This document shows positions 26,906 through 38,800 of a DNA stretch of 61,177 nt, piece by piece. Within the stretch, counting starts at the first letter, position 1. The number at the start of each line of letters is the position of its first letter. Origin of the DNA: a virus (lineage: Duplodnaviria > Caudoviricetes); IMG/VR virus record IMGVR_UViG_3300025009_000108, positions 1-61,177 of that record, one strand, 5' to 3'. The notes under the pieces are model-generated. The model was not told the DNA's origin. It saw only the letters and a list, made by a program, of their open reading frames with translations, and made no database searches. Made by a program: the position numbers and the translations under genes.

Positions 26906-29494
26906 CTATTGGCCAGTAATGGAGCCTGCGCCATCACCATTGATTGTGGCGGAACCTCCACCGCTAATAATCCCCAAGCCTGTTACTACTGGTAGTATAT
27001 CAAATTTATAAACATCCGTCACCATGGCATTTCCGTCCGTATCTGAAGCATCAATTGACACATTGACCTCTTGCCCATCGCTGTAATCGGAAGGGTTTAA
27101 GGTTACGGTATAGCTTGCGGTTGTTCCGCTGGTGGCAAGGTCTGCCGTTCCTCCTGAGCATGTCTCGCTGGTCGGGCAATGTTTATTGCCTTCCTCGTAA
27201 AGCACGATTGATGATCTATTGACTCCACCGCTATCCGACACAACAAAGCTTATATTGGTGCTTTTTGAAACACCCGTTGCGTTCTTAGCAGGGGACCATC
27301 CGGAAACAACCGGTGGAGATACATCTCCATCCGCCGTGCCTACAAAAAAGTCGTCTATCCATATTACTTGATCAGCGGAAAGATCATTCTGTCCGCTCAG
27401 ATACGGACCAAGCACCACTTGGTTAAAAAACTGGGAAGTGTACCAGCCCTTTTTGATAACGACATTGGTTGCAGTGAAAACCGGTGAATCAAAATCGTCT
27501 ATCCACATCTGCAATATACCATCTTGATTGATGGTAGATCCGGTAAGCGTGTTCATTTTTACACGGTACATGACCTCATGCCACTGGCCGTCAGCAAAGG
27601 ATGATATAGATTGCTCCCACCATCTTACGTTTAGGTTTCCTATACTGCTGCTGCCAGAAAAATAGCACGAAACTCCCGTGCCGGCATTGGTGAAGTTCCC
27701 ATGACCTCCGTGAGCAGCTCCCTGGCTAAAGTTGGCTGTAAGGTCAGTGCCTATTTGGTCGTCGTTTTGCCCATCACCGTCCAGGTCCAGGTTTTTTGCG
27801 TCCTGAAAACTCATGGTTAGAATATTGTTATATTCATGTTCCATGTAGGCGGTAAGGTGCGTGTTGGCCAGTCCAGCCCATGCGCTATCTGCGTCAGTTT
27901 CCAGATAAACCCAATGATCCGCATATGTACCAAGACCATTGCCAACATAGTTCGTTGAGGATTTAAATTTGTACTTTACATAGATCTCAGGCGTCTGACT
28001 GAACTGCGCTCTGAGACTTCCAAGAGCACTCGCCGTTCCACTACCGTTGGTCGGCCTGTAAGCCCCTGGGGTGAAGCGGTACTCAAAGACATACCCGTTA
28101 TCGGCAACAAAGTTTGCAGCGTTCCAGGAGCCTGCGGCGTGCCCCACCACGCACTTGTAGAGCTGCCCAGAGTAAATGACATCATCCCCGATATTATAGG
28201 CGGTACTCGATGAAAATGTTGAAGCCGAACGTGTAGCCCGGTCCGTATCGATCACAAATCTCTGATTGATATCGTCATAGCATCCGGCTGCGGTCAATCC
28301 GGCTGATCCCGTTTCGGCGTGAAGGTAAAGAAGCGTGACCGGAGGAGGAGGGGCCTGGTCATTATCGGTCAATACGATGGTAGCGGTATTCGGCGTTCCA
28401 AGGTCATATGTAGCCCCGTCCGTGATGGTCAATATGGCCGCCTCATCGCCTTCGGAAAGCGAATCATCGACCGGCGTTATTGTAACCGTCGCCGTGTATT
28501 GCCCAGAAGCGATAGAGGCCGAACCGCTCACGGCTGAGTAGTCCGTCCCGCTGGTAGCCGTCCCGCTCATCGAGTAAGCAACCGTCAAAGGGCCGGCCGT
28601 GTCGCTCGTGATTGTAAATGTTCCGGTAGTCGTCCCTTCTTCCGTTGCTGAAGAATCTGTAGCGGTCACGGTAATCAATGGATCTGTGCTTGCCGACAGA
28701 GGGCCTATCCTTCCAGTTGTGCTTATCGCTATGTCGTCATAGTAAACCGTGAAGGTTTGTCCGTTATCCGCTCCGGTGAAATCTGTTTTGACGTTGGAGG
28801 GGAAAATCAAATACCTTAGATTGCCATAAGTTACTAATCCATTCTCATCTATAACCGGTGTCGGATTGTCTACACCGTCTACGTACTCCCACATTCTGAA
28901 AACACCAGAAGAGGAGATATAAACCTCCATAGCGTGCCAAGATCCACCGCCACGGCCTGCATTATCATAGAAGTCATCCCAATTATTCGTGCTTTGCCTG
29001 CCAGACGTACCATCCCTGTCATACAGCCTAAAGTCTGTAGTGTTCTGATCGAAATACCATGAATCCGTGGCAAAATAGATATAAAGAAGCTTATGGCTGC
29101 TGAACCCGAGTGAATGCGACAGGGGCATTCCGCTTGGATGGTAAAAGTACCATCTAAGATATATTTGAGGGGTTGAATCAGGTACGTCTATGAAAAACCC
29201 GGAACCTGTCGGACCTGTGCTTCCAGTTGTGTTCCCATCACCAACCTGCCAGTAAAGCCCGTTACCACCGTCTCCACCTGAATAATTCGATCCGGCAGAG
29301 ATCCCGCTATTAAGACTTGAGCATGTTCCGATCTCCCATCCGTCACAAATATCATCTCCAGAGTTCGCGGAACAATAAGCATTTGTGACATCCAGGGTCG
29401 AGCAATCGAACGTTGTTGACCATGGCAACGAGGTTATATCGGCGCTCGCCGGGACAACCATCAAAAGAAAGAATAAGCACGCAAGACGCTTCAT
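26906..29494 (-). CDS. Exported multidomain carbohydrate-binding/adhesin protein
   Basis: Signal ending ASA; two lectin/lyase-like jelly rolls, Calx-beta-like segment, CBM5/12-like YNIGDDVIYSGQLYKC, Ig-like SPAKNATGV. Confidence 0.75.
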   Translation of the reverse strand: MKRLACLFFLLMVVPASADITSLPWSTTFDCSTLDVTNAYCSANSGDDICDGWEIGTCSSLNSGISAGSNYSGGDGGNGLYWQVGDGNTTGSTGPTGSGFFIDVPDSTPQIYLRWYFYHPSGMPLSHSLGFSSHKLLYIYFATDSWYFDQNTTDFRLYDRDGTSGRQSTNNWDDFYDNAGRGGGSWHAMEVYISSSGVFRMWEYVDGVDNPTPVIDENGLVTYGNLRYLIFPSNVKTDFTGADNGQTFTVYYDDIAISTTGRIGPLSASTDPLITVTATDSSATEEGTTTGTFTITSDTAGPLTVAYSMSGTATSGTDYSAVSGSASIASGQYTATVTITPVDDSLSEGDEAAILTITDGATYDLGTPNTATIVLTDNDQAPPPPVTLLYLHAETGSAGLTAAGCYDDINQRFVIDTDRATRSASTFSSSTAYNIGDDVIYSGQLYKCVVGHAAGSWNAANFVADNGYVFEYRFTPGAYRPTNGSGTASALGSLRAQFSQTPEIYVKYKFKSSTNYVGNGLGTYADHWVYLETDADSAWAGLANTHLTAYMEHEYNNILTMSFQDAKNLDLDGDGQNDDQIGTDLTANFSQGAAHGGHGNFTNAGTGVSCYFSGSSSIGNLNVRWWEQSISSFADGQWHEVMYRVKMNTLTGSTINQDGILQMWIDDFDSPVFTATNVVIKKGWYTSQFFNQVVLGPYLSGQNDLSADQVIWIDDFFVGTADGDVSPPVVSGWSPAKNATGVSKSTNISFVVSDSGGVNRSSIVLYEEGNKHCPTSETCSGGTADLATSGTTASYTVTLNPSDYSDGQEVNVSIDASDTDGNAMVTDVYKFDILPVVTGLGIISGGGSATINGDGAGSITGQ

Positions 29495-29502
29495 TTTATC
29501 TC

Positions 29503-30561
29503 CTATGGAGCAGGGCTAACTTCGACAACTACTATGTTGGAATTACTGGATTCAGTCCAGCTAAAGCCTGTACTATAAGCCCCAACTGTAGTCGTCAAAA
29601 GTGTGGAAGTCAAAAGGTTACTTACCAGATAAGTTGTGGAAGTCTCTTTGTTGTAATTATCCTGTGATCCATTCGTAACCGCATCATTGGTAATGGCGTC
29701 CGTGTTTACGGTCGCGGCGGTTATCAACTGGCTATCGGCAACAGTGCTCGTTACCGATCTCGTAATAGAAGTTCCTCCAATTACATAGTTGTTGCTTGTG
29801 ACCCCTATGGTGGAAGACGCACCAGACCATACATGCCACGTCATACTTGCGGAAGTTGAAGATGTAGGAGTAACCCGGATTACTCCGCTTGCGGCGGAAG
29901 GAACGATGGTGTAAACATAGGTGAAAATATTTGAGGCGAACGCAGCGGAAGCCGACAATGTGAATGTTTCAGTTCCAGCGTAAGTACAGGTCGGGGCCGC
30001 GTTAACCCCGTTCGTAACCGAAAGCGTTATCAGCCTGTCGTTCCCAGATGGCGTAACGGTTCCGGATTCAAGATAGGCTGTTTGGGCCGTGGTGTGGGCT
30101 GAATCCGTAGCTACCAGAGCAAGTCCGCCAGTCGCGCTTTGAGTCGAATCATTCGTTACCTCAAAAGACGGAATCGAGGCAAGATCATATTCGGAATCGT
30201 TTTCTAATCCATCTCCCGGCTGAATATAGCTGACGGTTCCAGCTTCGGTATCATATATGGTCCTTCCGGTGATAGAATATACCAGTGTGGTAGTTCCATC
30301 GCCTGAAGAATACGAAAGACTCTCTCCGGTGTCTCCGTCCATATCGATAGACCACCCGGCGTTACCCCCCGCTCCGATTGAAACCGCTTCATCAAAAACA
30401 AATGATATCGATGTTCCAGCCGAAGGTATTGTGGCACTCAAAAGATTAGGAGGGGTCGTATCTCCTCCGGCCGCCGCGATCACCAATCCATCAGCCATTG
30501 ATCCGGAAGAAACCGAAAGCAATAGGCATACTAGCAACGATATGATTCTTAAGCTTTTCAT
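29503..30561 (-). CDS. Exported Ig-like/beta-sandwich protein
   Basis: TGATG-coupled start MKSLRIISLLVCLLL; DTTPP...FDEAV Ig-like domain. Confidence 0.75.
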   Translation of the reverse strand: MKSLRIISLLVCLLLSVSSGSMADGLVIAAAGGDTTPPNLLSATIPSAGTSISFVFDEAVSIGAGGNAGWSIDMDGDTGESLSYSSGDGTTTLVYSITGRTIYDTEAGTVSYIQPGDGLENDSEYDLASIPSFEVTNDSTQSATGGLALVATDSAHTTAQTAYLESGTVTPSGNDRLITLSVTNGVNAAPTCTYAGTETFTLSASAAFASNIFTYVYTIVPSAASGVIRVTPTSSTSASMTWHVWSGASSTIGVTSNNYVIGGTSITRSVTSTVADSQLITAATVNTDAITNDAVTNGSQDNYNKETSTTYLVSNLLTSTLLTTTVGAYSTGFSWTESSNSNIVVVEVSPAP

Positions 30562-31862
30562 CAATTCACCGTGTAATAAAGGCAAACCATGCAGTCCGTG
30601 TTTGTTCCGCTGACCGAAGTGGTGTGCCATTGAATAACATCATCAGCGTCAATGGAAGAATTGCTCAAAGTTCCATCGTCGGTCGCAGTGGTAGTCGCGG
30701 TAATATCGGTTGCCCCATCGACCCCTACGCAAGACGCCCCGGCCGAATCGCACTCATCCAAATGGCCTACAACATTGGTTGCACCGCGCTGGGTTACCCT
30801 CACCTGCCGCACCGTAATCGCATATGGGAATTGGTGGAACATATGATCGGACGCGGCGGCTATCCCCGCCCAGGTCTGGCAACGGGATTGCCAAATCGGA
30901 ATGAAAGAAGACCCTGGGCTTACGTTGCCGTATAACTGAATTCCTGAAGCCTCATCCGCACCAGTCCTGATAGCTATTTCTCCGGCTGAGTCGGTAGTGG
31001 GGCTGGCTCCGTTTGTTATCTCTACAGTAACGGCTCCCAAGTCCACCGCCCCAACACCAGCGATGCTCGAACCAGACCCGAGGGTAAGAGCAACGTTTGT
31101 CAATAAAAGCGTTCTGCCATATCCTTTGACTATGCTGGCTGGAGTTCCGTCAGCGTCTTCGACCACATCCAACCATATAGAGTTATCATCGGCCGCATCG
31201 TTGAACTTCAATGAAAGCAGTGTGGTATTGCTTGAATTGTCAGCAGCGGTATTGGTGAGTAAAAGACCGCCCCAACCGTCAGTCGAACTCGTAAAAGTCA
31301 ATGTGTAGGCCGCCATGGAAAACGACTTACTTGCAGAAGGATTTCCAAGATCGTTTAGTGCGCTCACACTCGAACAGGTATAGCAATCCCAATCTGCTGC
31401 CCCGTCTGTGGCGTCCTGGAGGGTATAAAAATTGTGATTCGTGGTATCGTACCAACGAGACCCTATGGCATATCCAAAGTCAGCATCATCATCCACGGTC
31501 GGCGCTGCTACCTGGGCGAAGGAGTCCTTGATGCATGTCGCCGTTCCAGATGACCAGTCAATATGACCAGTGCAGGCTGAAACGTCCAGGCCAAACCCGC
31601 CGATGGCAGGATCGACAAGGTTGTTGTCAACCACATCGCCGGCCATACGATCGGGGTCGAAATCGTTCGAGTTATGGTCTTCTTTGGAATTGACAGCCGT
31701 CTTTATCTCGTTCGCGTCGTCAGATGAAAACTGACCTGTAACCCCCGATGCTCCAGTGACCTTATCGGAATATGTTATATCGGTTCCGCTTCTTTCAAGG
31801 CTCCGTTGTGCCGCGCATCCTGAAAGTACGATAGTCAATATGATCAAGATAATCTTTTTCAT
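30561..31862 (-). CDS. Tail-fibre-like protein with lipoprotein signal
   Basis: LSGC lipobox; APTVDDD...GYAIGSRWYDT...DATDGAADW fibre motif. Confidence 0.78.
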   Translation of the reverse strand: MKKIILIILTIVLSGCAAQRSLERSGTDITYSDKVTGASGVTGQFSSDDANEIKTAVNSKEDHNSNDFDPDRMAGDVVDNNLVDPAIGGFGLDVSACTGHIDWSSGTATCIKDSFAQVAAPTVDDDADFGYAIGSRWYDTTNHNFYTLQDATDGAADWDCYTCSSVSALNDLGNPSASKSFSMAAYTLTFTSSTDGWGGLLLTNTAADNSSNTTLLSLKFNDAADDNSIWLDVVEDADGTPASIVKGYGRTLLLTNVALTLGSGSSIAGVGAVDLGAVTVEITNGASPTTDSAGEIAIRTGADEASGIQLYGNVSPGSSFIPIWQSRCQTWAGIAAASDHMFHQFPYAITVRQVRVTQRGATNVVGHLDECDSAGASCVGVDGATDITATTTATDDGTLSNSSIDADDVIQWHTTSVSGTNTDCMVCLYYTVN

Positions 31863-32335
31863 TATCCCACCTGCAAAAGTTTTGGTATCTTAGAAACGAT
31901 CTCACCGGTTATAAATTCAACCATCCTCCAACCATCAGTTGTTAGGCATAGGGCCTGCGAATGATCTATATCGTCTCTTGCTGCCGGCCAAATAGCAAGC
32001 TCCTGGGAGTCATTATCACCGGACTCTCTGCAATCTGCGTCAAACTCGCGTTTCATGATTGAGCATCCGTCAATAGCGAAATTATCGCAATCGAGTCGTC
32101 CGTTGTCTTTACCATCGGCGTTGCTCATGATGCTTGAAAGTGATTCTATCGGCACCCTTGATATTTTTGCCATCCAGTGGCGTGCCATTATAACGCGCCT
32201 TCGAAGGTCTTCTGGATCGGTGATAAAATATCCCGTATCTCTCAAGAGGGCTCCTGAGCTGATTTTTCGTCCGAAAAACCCGCCTTCGAACTCTTCAAGG
32301 CGTTTTCTGACTTGCGCCGATGAAATGTTCATCAC
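31862..32335 (-). CDS. Papain/transglutaminase-like cysteine protease candidate (MOA/Agglutinin C-terminal-like)
   Basis: DCDNFA...H.QAL....GWRMVE gives a possible Cys-His-Glu triad. Confidence 0.6.
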   Translation of the reverse strand: MMNISSAQVRKRLEEFEGGFFGRKISSGALLRDTGYFITDPEDLRRRVIMARHWMAKISRVPIESLSSIMSNADGKDNGRLDCDNFAIDGCSIMKREFDADCRESGDNDSQELAIWPAARDDIDHSQALCLTTDGWRMVEFITGEIVSKIPKLLQVG

Positions 32336-32796
32336 TTATCCCTTTTGGTGAACCGCAGCTTGACAGTAACGATCTTCTCATTGCCCACGTCTGCGGCTGC
32401 CTCCGTGTCTCCATCGTCGGCCAGGAATTTAACGGTCAGCGTGTTATCAACCGAAGGGAAATACCCGAGATCCTCGTGGGCGCTTTGAGCCTGTGAGACT
32501 CCAGCCGCAGAGCGCGCGCTGCCCCTGAATAACCTCCGGCTGGTAGCCTTTTCGATCACCTTAACGCGGTATGCGGTCGTAGGATAGGCGGTTGCGTCCG
32601 GGTCTGTAATGATTTCTGTCAGAGTGTACGCCTTGAGCCCCGCAAGGTTTTGCGTCGCGCCAAGGTCTTGGTCGGGAATCGAACCGTCAGTATCATCGGA
32701 AAGACACGCCAGGGAAATCAAAACTTCTCCAACCCCTCCGTGTCCAACCATTTGAATGTGGGGGCTCACGGTTACTGTTACTGAAGATCCAGCCAT
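32332..32796 (-). CDS. Putative virion structural protein
   Basis: AGGAG RBS; beta-rich, acidic; located in the tail module. Confidence 0.65.
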   Translation of the reverse strand: MAGSSVTVTVSPHIQMVGHGGVGEVLISLACLSDDTDGSIPDQDLGATQNLAGLKAYTLTEIITDPDATAYPTTAYRVKVIEKATSRRLFRGSARSAAGVSQAQSAHEDLGYFPSVDNTLTVKFLADDGDTEAAADVGNEKIVTVKLRFTKRDK

Positions 32797-32810
32797 CTGG
32801 TGCTCCTTTC

Positions 32811-35800
32811 TTAGTTCACTGTCTTATCGTACATTGAGTTGAATGTTTTGTATTGTTCGTCAATGATCTTTTCTATGTTTTTAACTTGTTCCTTATTCCC
32901 AGATGCTTCAAGGGCTTTCTTAACTCTTCTCAACCTGCGAAGATTTTTCTCTGTCTGAACAGCTGCACCAAACATGGCTTGCTGCGGCTTGGTCTGTGAG
33001 CTCAAATTTCTAAAATAATCAGACCCGGCATAGGCTTCAAGCTGCTCTTTGACAGTCAATATTTCTTGAATGTTTTCAAAATATGTTCTTGAATCAGACC
33101 ACTCTGCCTTTTCCCCAAAAACTCTTCGCACAAAAGGAATTTTAGATATTTGGACCTCTTCCCCCCTTAACTTTTTAAGTGGTACGGCACCCATATCTGC
33201 AAAAAACCTAGCCATGGAACCGCCCACCGTGTCCAAGATAAGATCAAGAGTAGCCGGGGAAACATCGATAGCACCCTTTTTTATATTGTCGCCCCCCGTC
33301 AGAGTGTTTAGTTGCGAGGCTACCCACACAGACGGCTTCCTGGATGACTTCCAATACCTTTGCGAATCTGGATCTGGAACCTTATCGAAAGGATTATCAC
33401 CAGGCATCAACGGGCCACCGAACCAATTCTTGTTTTCTGCTACTTGAGCGAATGGATCGGCAATAGTTGGAGCCAATGTTTGAAGGAGAGTCCCGGATTG
33501 AATTGGATTAAATGCGTTTGCAAAATTTACGGCAAGCCTGGCAGCGCCATCGATAGGTTTATAATTTTTTCTAGTGAACGCAAGCGCCGCTTCGGTTCCA
33601 ATATTCCAAAACAGGTTATATCCCCATGGAAGAGGGATTTTTAAGTATTTTCCTTTCGACCCGGGTATCATGAATATGGCATTCCGTTCTCTTACATAAT
33701 CCTCTATTTTGCTGTAATAGTCTTCATTGTCATCGTCATCTCCTCCCACCATGGCATTTAGTATGCCGAACGTGAAACCAGTCCCTACGATGCCGGCGAG
33801 CGTTTTCCTAACTCCTGAGCTTCTGCGTGCTGCCCTGATTATTCTATAAGAACCCTGTATCCCTGCATTGGCAAAAAGATACAGAGAATTTATTACAGGC
33901 CCAGCAGCTCCCTTTTTTGTGAAATCTACCGTTATGTCTGAAGCTATTTTAGCTGCCTTAATATCGGTCATCCCTTTTCCGGCGGCCAATTTGAAAACAT
34001 GCAATCTTATCCCGTTCTCAATCGCTGTGTTTGCCGCGCCAACTGTTTCGGCAAACTTTCTTGCTGTAGCCAAAATGGGTCTTTTACCTTGTAAAACCTC
34101 AACATCTTTTGATATAGATTTTTCAAGATTTGCAACACTCCCATGAATGTCGGACCAGCCTATTTTCCCACCTGCTTTTTTAAATCTATCGTATAACTTT
34201 TCGAGTTCATCGCCTTTTTGTTTTCCTTTTTCAACTCTCCATATAGCATTTACTGCTTTCCCGGCGCCAGAAAGCATGTTTTTGCCCTTAACTCCGGTAT
34301 CCTGGATATTTATATTGGCTGTCTGAAAGTCTCTTGCAAAGTTTGAAATGATAAATTCAGGGCTCCAGGTTGTATTTATTTTTGCAAGCCATTGATTAAC
34401 TTTTGCCAGGCTATTCATTATAGGCCCATAGGAAGTATCCGCAGCTTTCAATGTCCTTAACATCAACATCAAATCTCTGTTGTCGCGGTTAACTTCAAGG
34501 ATATATTGCTTACCATCCGACATGAACCTAAACTCATTATCAGAAACGTTGAAAATGTCCGGGTACATTCTAACGTTTCCGTATTGGTCTAACCTCGGTG
34601 CCTTTTTCTCTGTCTTCAATGTCCATAGCGTCGGATCTGGGTTATTCTTTACTAGGTCCCTCAACACCCTGGTTGAAGCAGCTTTTTCGGCAAGATTAAT
34701 AGCCTTTTCGTAGGATGCAACCGAATTCCCAATGATGTTGACTACGTTTCTTTTTGACCCACCGCGTACCTTGATTGGCTTTCCGGTAGGATTAAGCCCC
34801 CTTGATGCTCCGAACACAGAATCATCAAAACCTTCTCTTTGAAGAGGGACATAATACTCAAACTTTGATTTTATGGCATCATATTCCTCTTGTGGTATTA
34901 AGCCTGCGTCCATAAGCAACTCAAGGCGATTATTGTTTATGGATGCGAGATTTTTCCTAAGCCTCTCCATAACGGTGTCGCTATGGTATTTGTCAAGAAT
35001 ATCTTTAGCTTCGGCATTTGACATTCCTGATAGCTTACCGACACTATCCTGAGTTTCGTCTATACCGGTGAAAGATTCCCAATTTTTCTTTATTTGCTTT
35101 GTGGCATTTTCATCGGCAAACTGCTCAAATGATTTTTCTAGATATTTATAATTATCTTCTCCAGTTAACCCGACGCCTTCAAAAACACCTTTTGTTTTAG
35201 CAGATTTACGCTTATTTTCTGTTGCTACAGCCATTTCATCACGCAATGGTTTTGTGATTTTTGCCGGCAACGCTTCAATTAAAGCGTCAAGAAATCTCTT
35301 TGCATTTTTATCCCTTGCGTCAATATTGGCTTCTTGAGCATGTTTTGCGTGAGCATATTCCTCAAGATAGGAAACGTTCTTACCAGACTTAGCGATAGCT
35401 TCAATCAATGGCTTAACTTCATTCGCCCATAGCTCCTTTACCCTATTTGCGGTAACTTTCGGGCGTTGCGTTTCTTTTAGGAATACGTCTATGCTTTCAG
35501 TAACTTTTGATAGTTTTGCCTGAACCTCTTGAATCGGATGGTTTTTATCTACAATCCAATACATGAAATCATTGAGAGGCCGGTTTATCGCTGATCTAAT
35601 TTCTTCAAACCTACCATTTAACCGTTTTGATTCAGTTCGCTCTTTTTTATCTAAACCGAACTCCTTATCTGCCTTCTCCTTCCCAAAATACTTAACCGCG
35701 AAGTCGTAGGCTTCTTGGTCGAACTCCGTATTATCGCTGTCTTCCTTTCTTCTGCTGAAGGATGGTTCAGTTCCAGCCTTACCAGGTTGGCTTGTGTGTG

Positions 35801-38800
35801 TAGGGATTGGATCGTCGTTTTGATCGACATTCCAGTATTTTACCTCAAAATTCCCGACATAAGTTTCTTCTGGGTCTCCAAGCAATTTTGTTAATTTTGA
35901 TGGCAATATCTTGTCGTAAAGATTGGATAGGTTTCCTGTTTCCCACCCCATACTTACCTGTAAAGCATCGGCATCGGGCAACATGATAGAGTTGATTTCA
36001 TTTTTGGCGGCGTAGGACACAAGATGCCTGATGGCTATATCATACATCCTGTTCCTGACTTTCGCAGGCATTTTAGCTTGCTCTTGTTTAGAAGGCGGCT
36101 GTATCTCCTCAACAAGTAAGTCGCTTCCGTCTTCTCGCCTGTGGGTCAATCTTATTCTGGCAACTGGATTTTTTATGTGTGCGTATTCTTTGTGTCCGTC
36201 AACCCAGGATGATCCTTCGGTACCATCGTAGGCGATATGAAGCTCTTTGTATGAGTTAATATCGCCCCAATCATCGCCGAACACGCTATCGCCATGTTCT
36301 GATGTACCGTCATCAATGAGGATGGTGTCTTTGTACCGTTGCCCGCCTTCTGGCTTCTCGGGTTGATTCTCCCTCCTCGAAAACTGCGCCCCCTCTCTCA
36401 TGGCGTCCAGCTTTTCACCGTTGCGCTCAAGGAGGGCTATGCGGTCGAGAACTTTTTGATCCCATATTACAAAGTTCGAAGTTCTTGATGCCGCTTTTTC
36501 AGCTTCCGCTTTCGTTACGAACTCGGCAAGCAAATTGCCTTTTCCGTCAACAACGTCCCATGTGTTCGATTCTTTGGAAAACTCTACCTTGTTGTTGCCC
36601 TTATCGCGGCTCATCTGGTCGAGGTACTTATTTCCGGGGATGCCTATTGAGGCGAGGTATTCGGAGGCGGCTTTCTGGTTTGCTACTCTGTCATTGAGCG
36701 TCTGCCTAAACCCCGTCCAACCATTGCCGGCCGGTTCGTCTTTTTCAGACAAAAATTCAGACAGGTCTGCATACAAGGCTTCGCCGCTGTCGGCGCTATC
36801 CCACGAATGGTTCAAAACCTTTTTAAGATCGCCCGATGAACTATCGTAAGCCCTGCGCAAAGCCTTCTTCACATACTCGCTCTGCTCCGACAACGGCTTA
36901 TCCCAATCCAAGAGCTTCGGGATTACGTCGTCGGGGATATCAAGTGTGTATAGCTGAGACTCACCCTTATTAAATTTAACGCTATTGTCACCTTCATTCA
37001 GTTTTTTAAGGATGGCCTTTAGGTGCGGAACGGCCTTCGGGTTGTCGTCGTTGGCCATTTCTATTCTGTCGTTTATGACTTCTCGCGCCATATCGACAAC
37101 GCCGATGACTCCTTTTTTATCAAAAGCCTCTCTTAACTTCCATTCGTTTATCAATAAATCTTCTTGTATCTGAGCCCTGACGTAATCGCGCTCAGTGGGG
37201 TTTTTGGTGAACTGGTAAGGAGAGTAATCTACCGGGTCGCCATTGTGGTATAGTGGAACTCCACCAACTGTTAGACTCCTAACTTCCGTCAGTGGCCTAA
37301 GAACTTCGGCGTATCTTCCTGCTACCGTTTTTTCCTCAGCGGAATACCACCCCCACCCATACGAAGCCGCCCCTTCCCCCGTCCCGATCTTATCCAACCG
37401 TGGCCGACCATGAGGAAAGCCTTTCTCTGGCGGCCAGATGTGCGGGGTGCCGTGATAAGCTTTGGCAAATGCCGGGGCACTCTCATCAACCAAAGATTTA
37501 GCACCGCCCTCAACCACACTCGCCCGCGCAGCATCAAGAAGGCTACGAATCTCTGCATCGGAAAACTTCAGACTGGGAGCAACCCTTCGCACAAATGAAC
37601 GGATTGCAGCAACAACCTTGTCTATCCATGTCGATTGCTCATTCTCCGAAACGTGCCTTGCAAGCCACTCATCAGCGGCTTGAATGCGCCCGTTTTGGTT
37701 GGACATATCGAAACCGTACTCTTTGCCTATTGCATCGGCTTCAGCCTTCTTGGCCGCATATACCTGCCTTAAAACCATCTTGAACTGAGGCCCCAATAGT
37801 TCCCTAAGCCCGTAATGACCGAAGGATTCGTGGAGCATGGTATTGACTGCGGACTTTTCCGAAGCAAGGTTGTCAGCTACGAGATAAACTGTTCCGTGGT
37901 AGAAGGTGCCGTCAACGATGTCATTTTCAGCGCCAATGGATTTAAGATGGTCGAGTATGTCTCCGGGCAGTTCGGATTGGGATTGAACCACTTCAACGGC
38001 CGGTGAATTTGCCCATGCTGATGTTATGCGGACTATTTTTATGGACAGGTCTTTGGCTTTTTGAGTGCCATGTTCTTGTGGATTTCGCCTGGAAAAAATA
38101 GGCTTATCAGAACTGCTCTTCAGAGACTTAGCGTCAACCACAATCCGCTTTCCACCAGGAAGCGTCACGCGGATCATGCCCTTCTTCTTGCCGCGCTTTA
38201 TCTCCTGGGTTTCAACGTATGGGCGCCATTGGTTACCGGTCCATACGCGGCCAAGTGCTTTGGGCTTTTGGGGGGCCTCTTCTGGGTTCTGTTTGACAGT
38301 GCGACCCACAGCCCTTCTCTCTCCAATATCACGCCGTTCAGGAGTTCCCCTATCCTGTGACCGCCTCTCAACCATACCGACTTCACCTGGGGCCGCTGCT
38401 TGCTCTCTTCGGCCTGATTTTTGGACGCCGTTTATTGGCTTTCTGGATTGTTCAACTTCGGGGAGTGTTCGCTTTTCCTGAACGGATGCCGGTTGCTGAA
38501 CGGGGCTTTCCCATTTGATGCCGCGTTTTTCTAATACCCTGCGGGCGGACATGGTCGCTTCATTGTCTTCGTGGCCTTGAGCGGTTCTGATAAGCTGCTC
38601 AGTTCTGGTGGGCGCTCTTAGTTCGCCAGATGCTATCTTGTCGGCGTAGTCCTTTCGGGCCGCATCTCGTTTTGTAATAAGTTCACGGTCTTTAGCAGCT
38701 TGTGCGTCTACGGTTTTAGCCCATTGCTTATCTGACTTGCCGCCTCTGTTTTTGTGTAGGGCAGATTCACCGATGTCTTGCCGCGAAAGCCCGACGCTGG

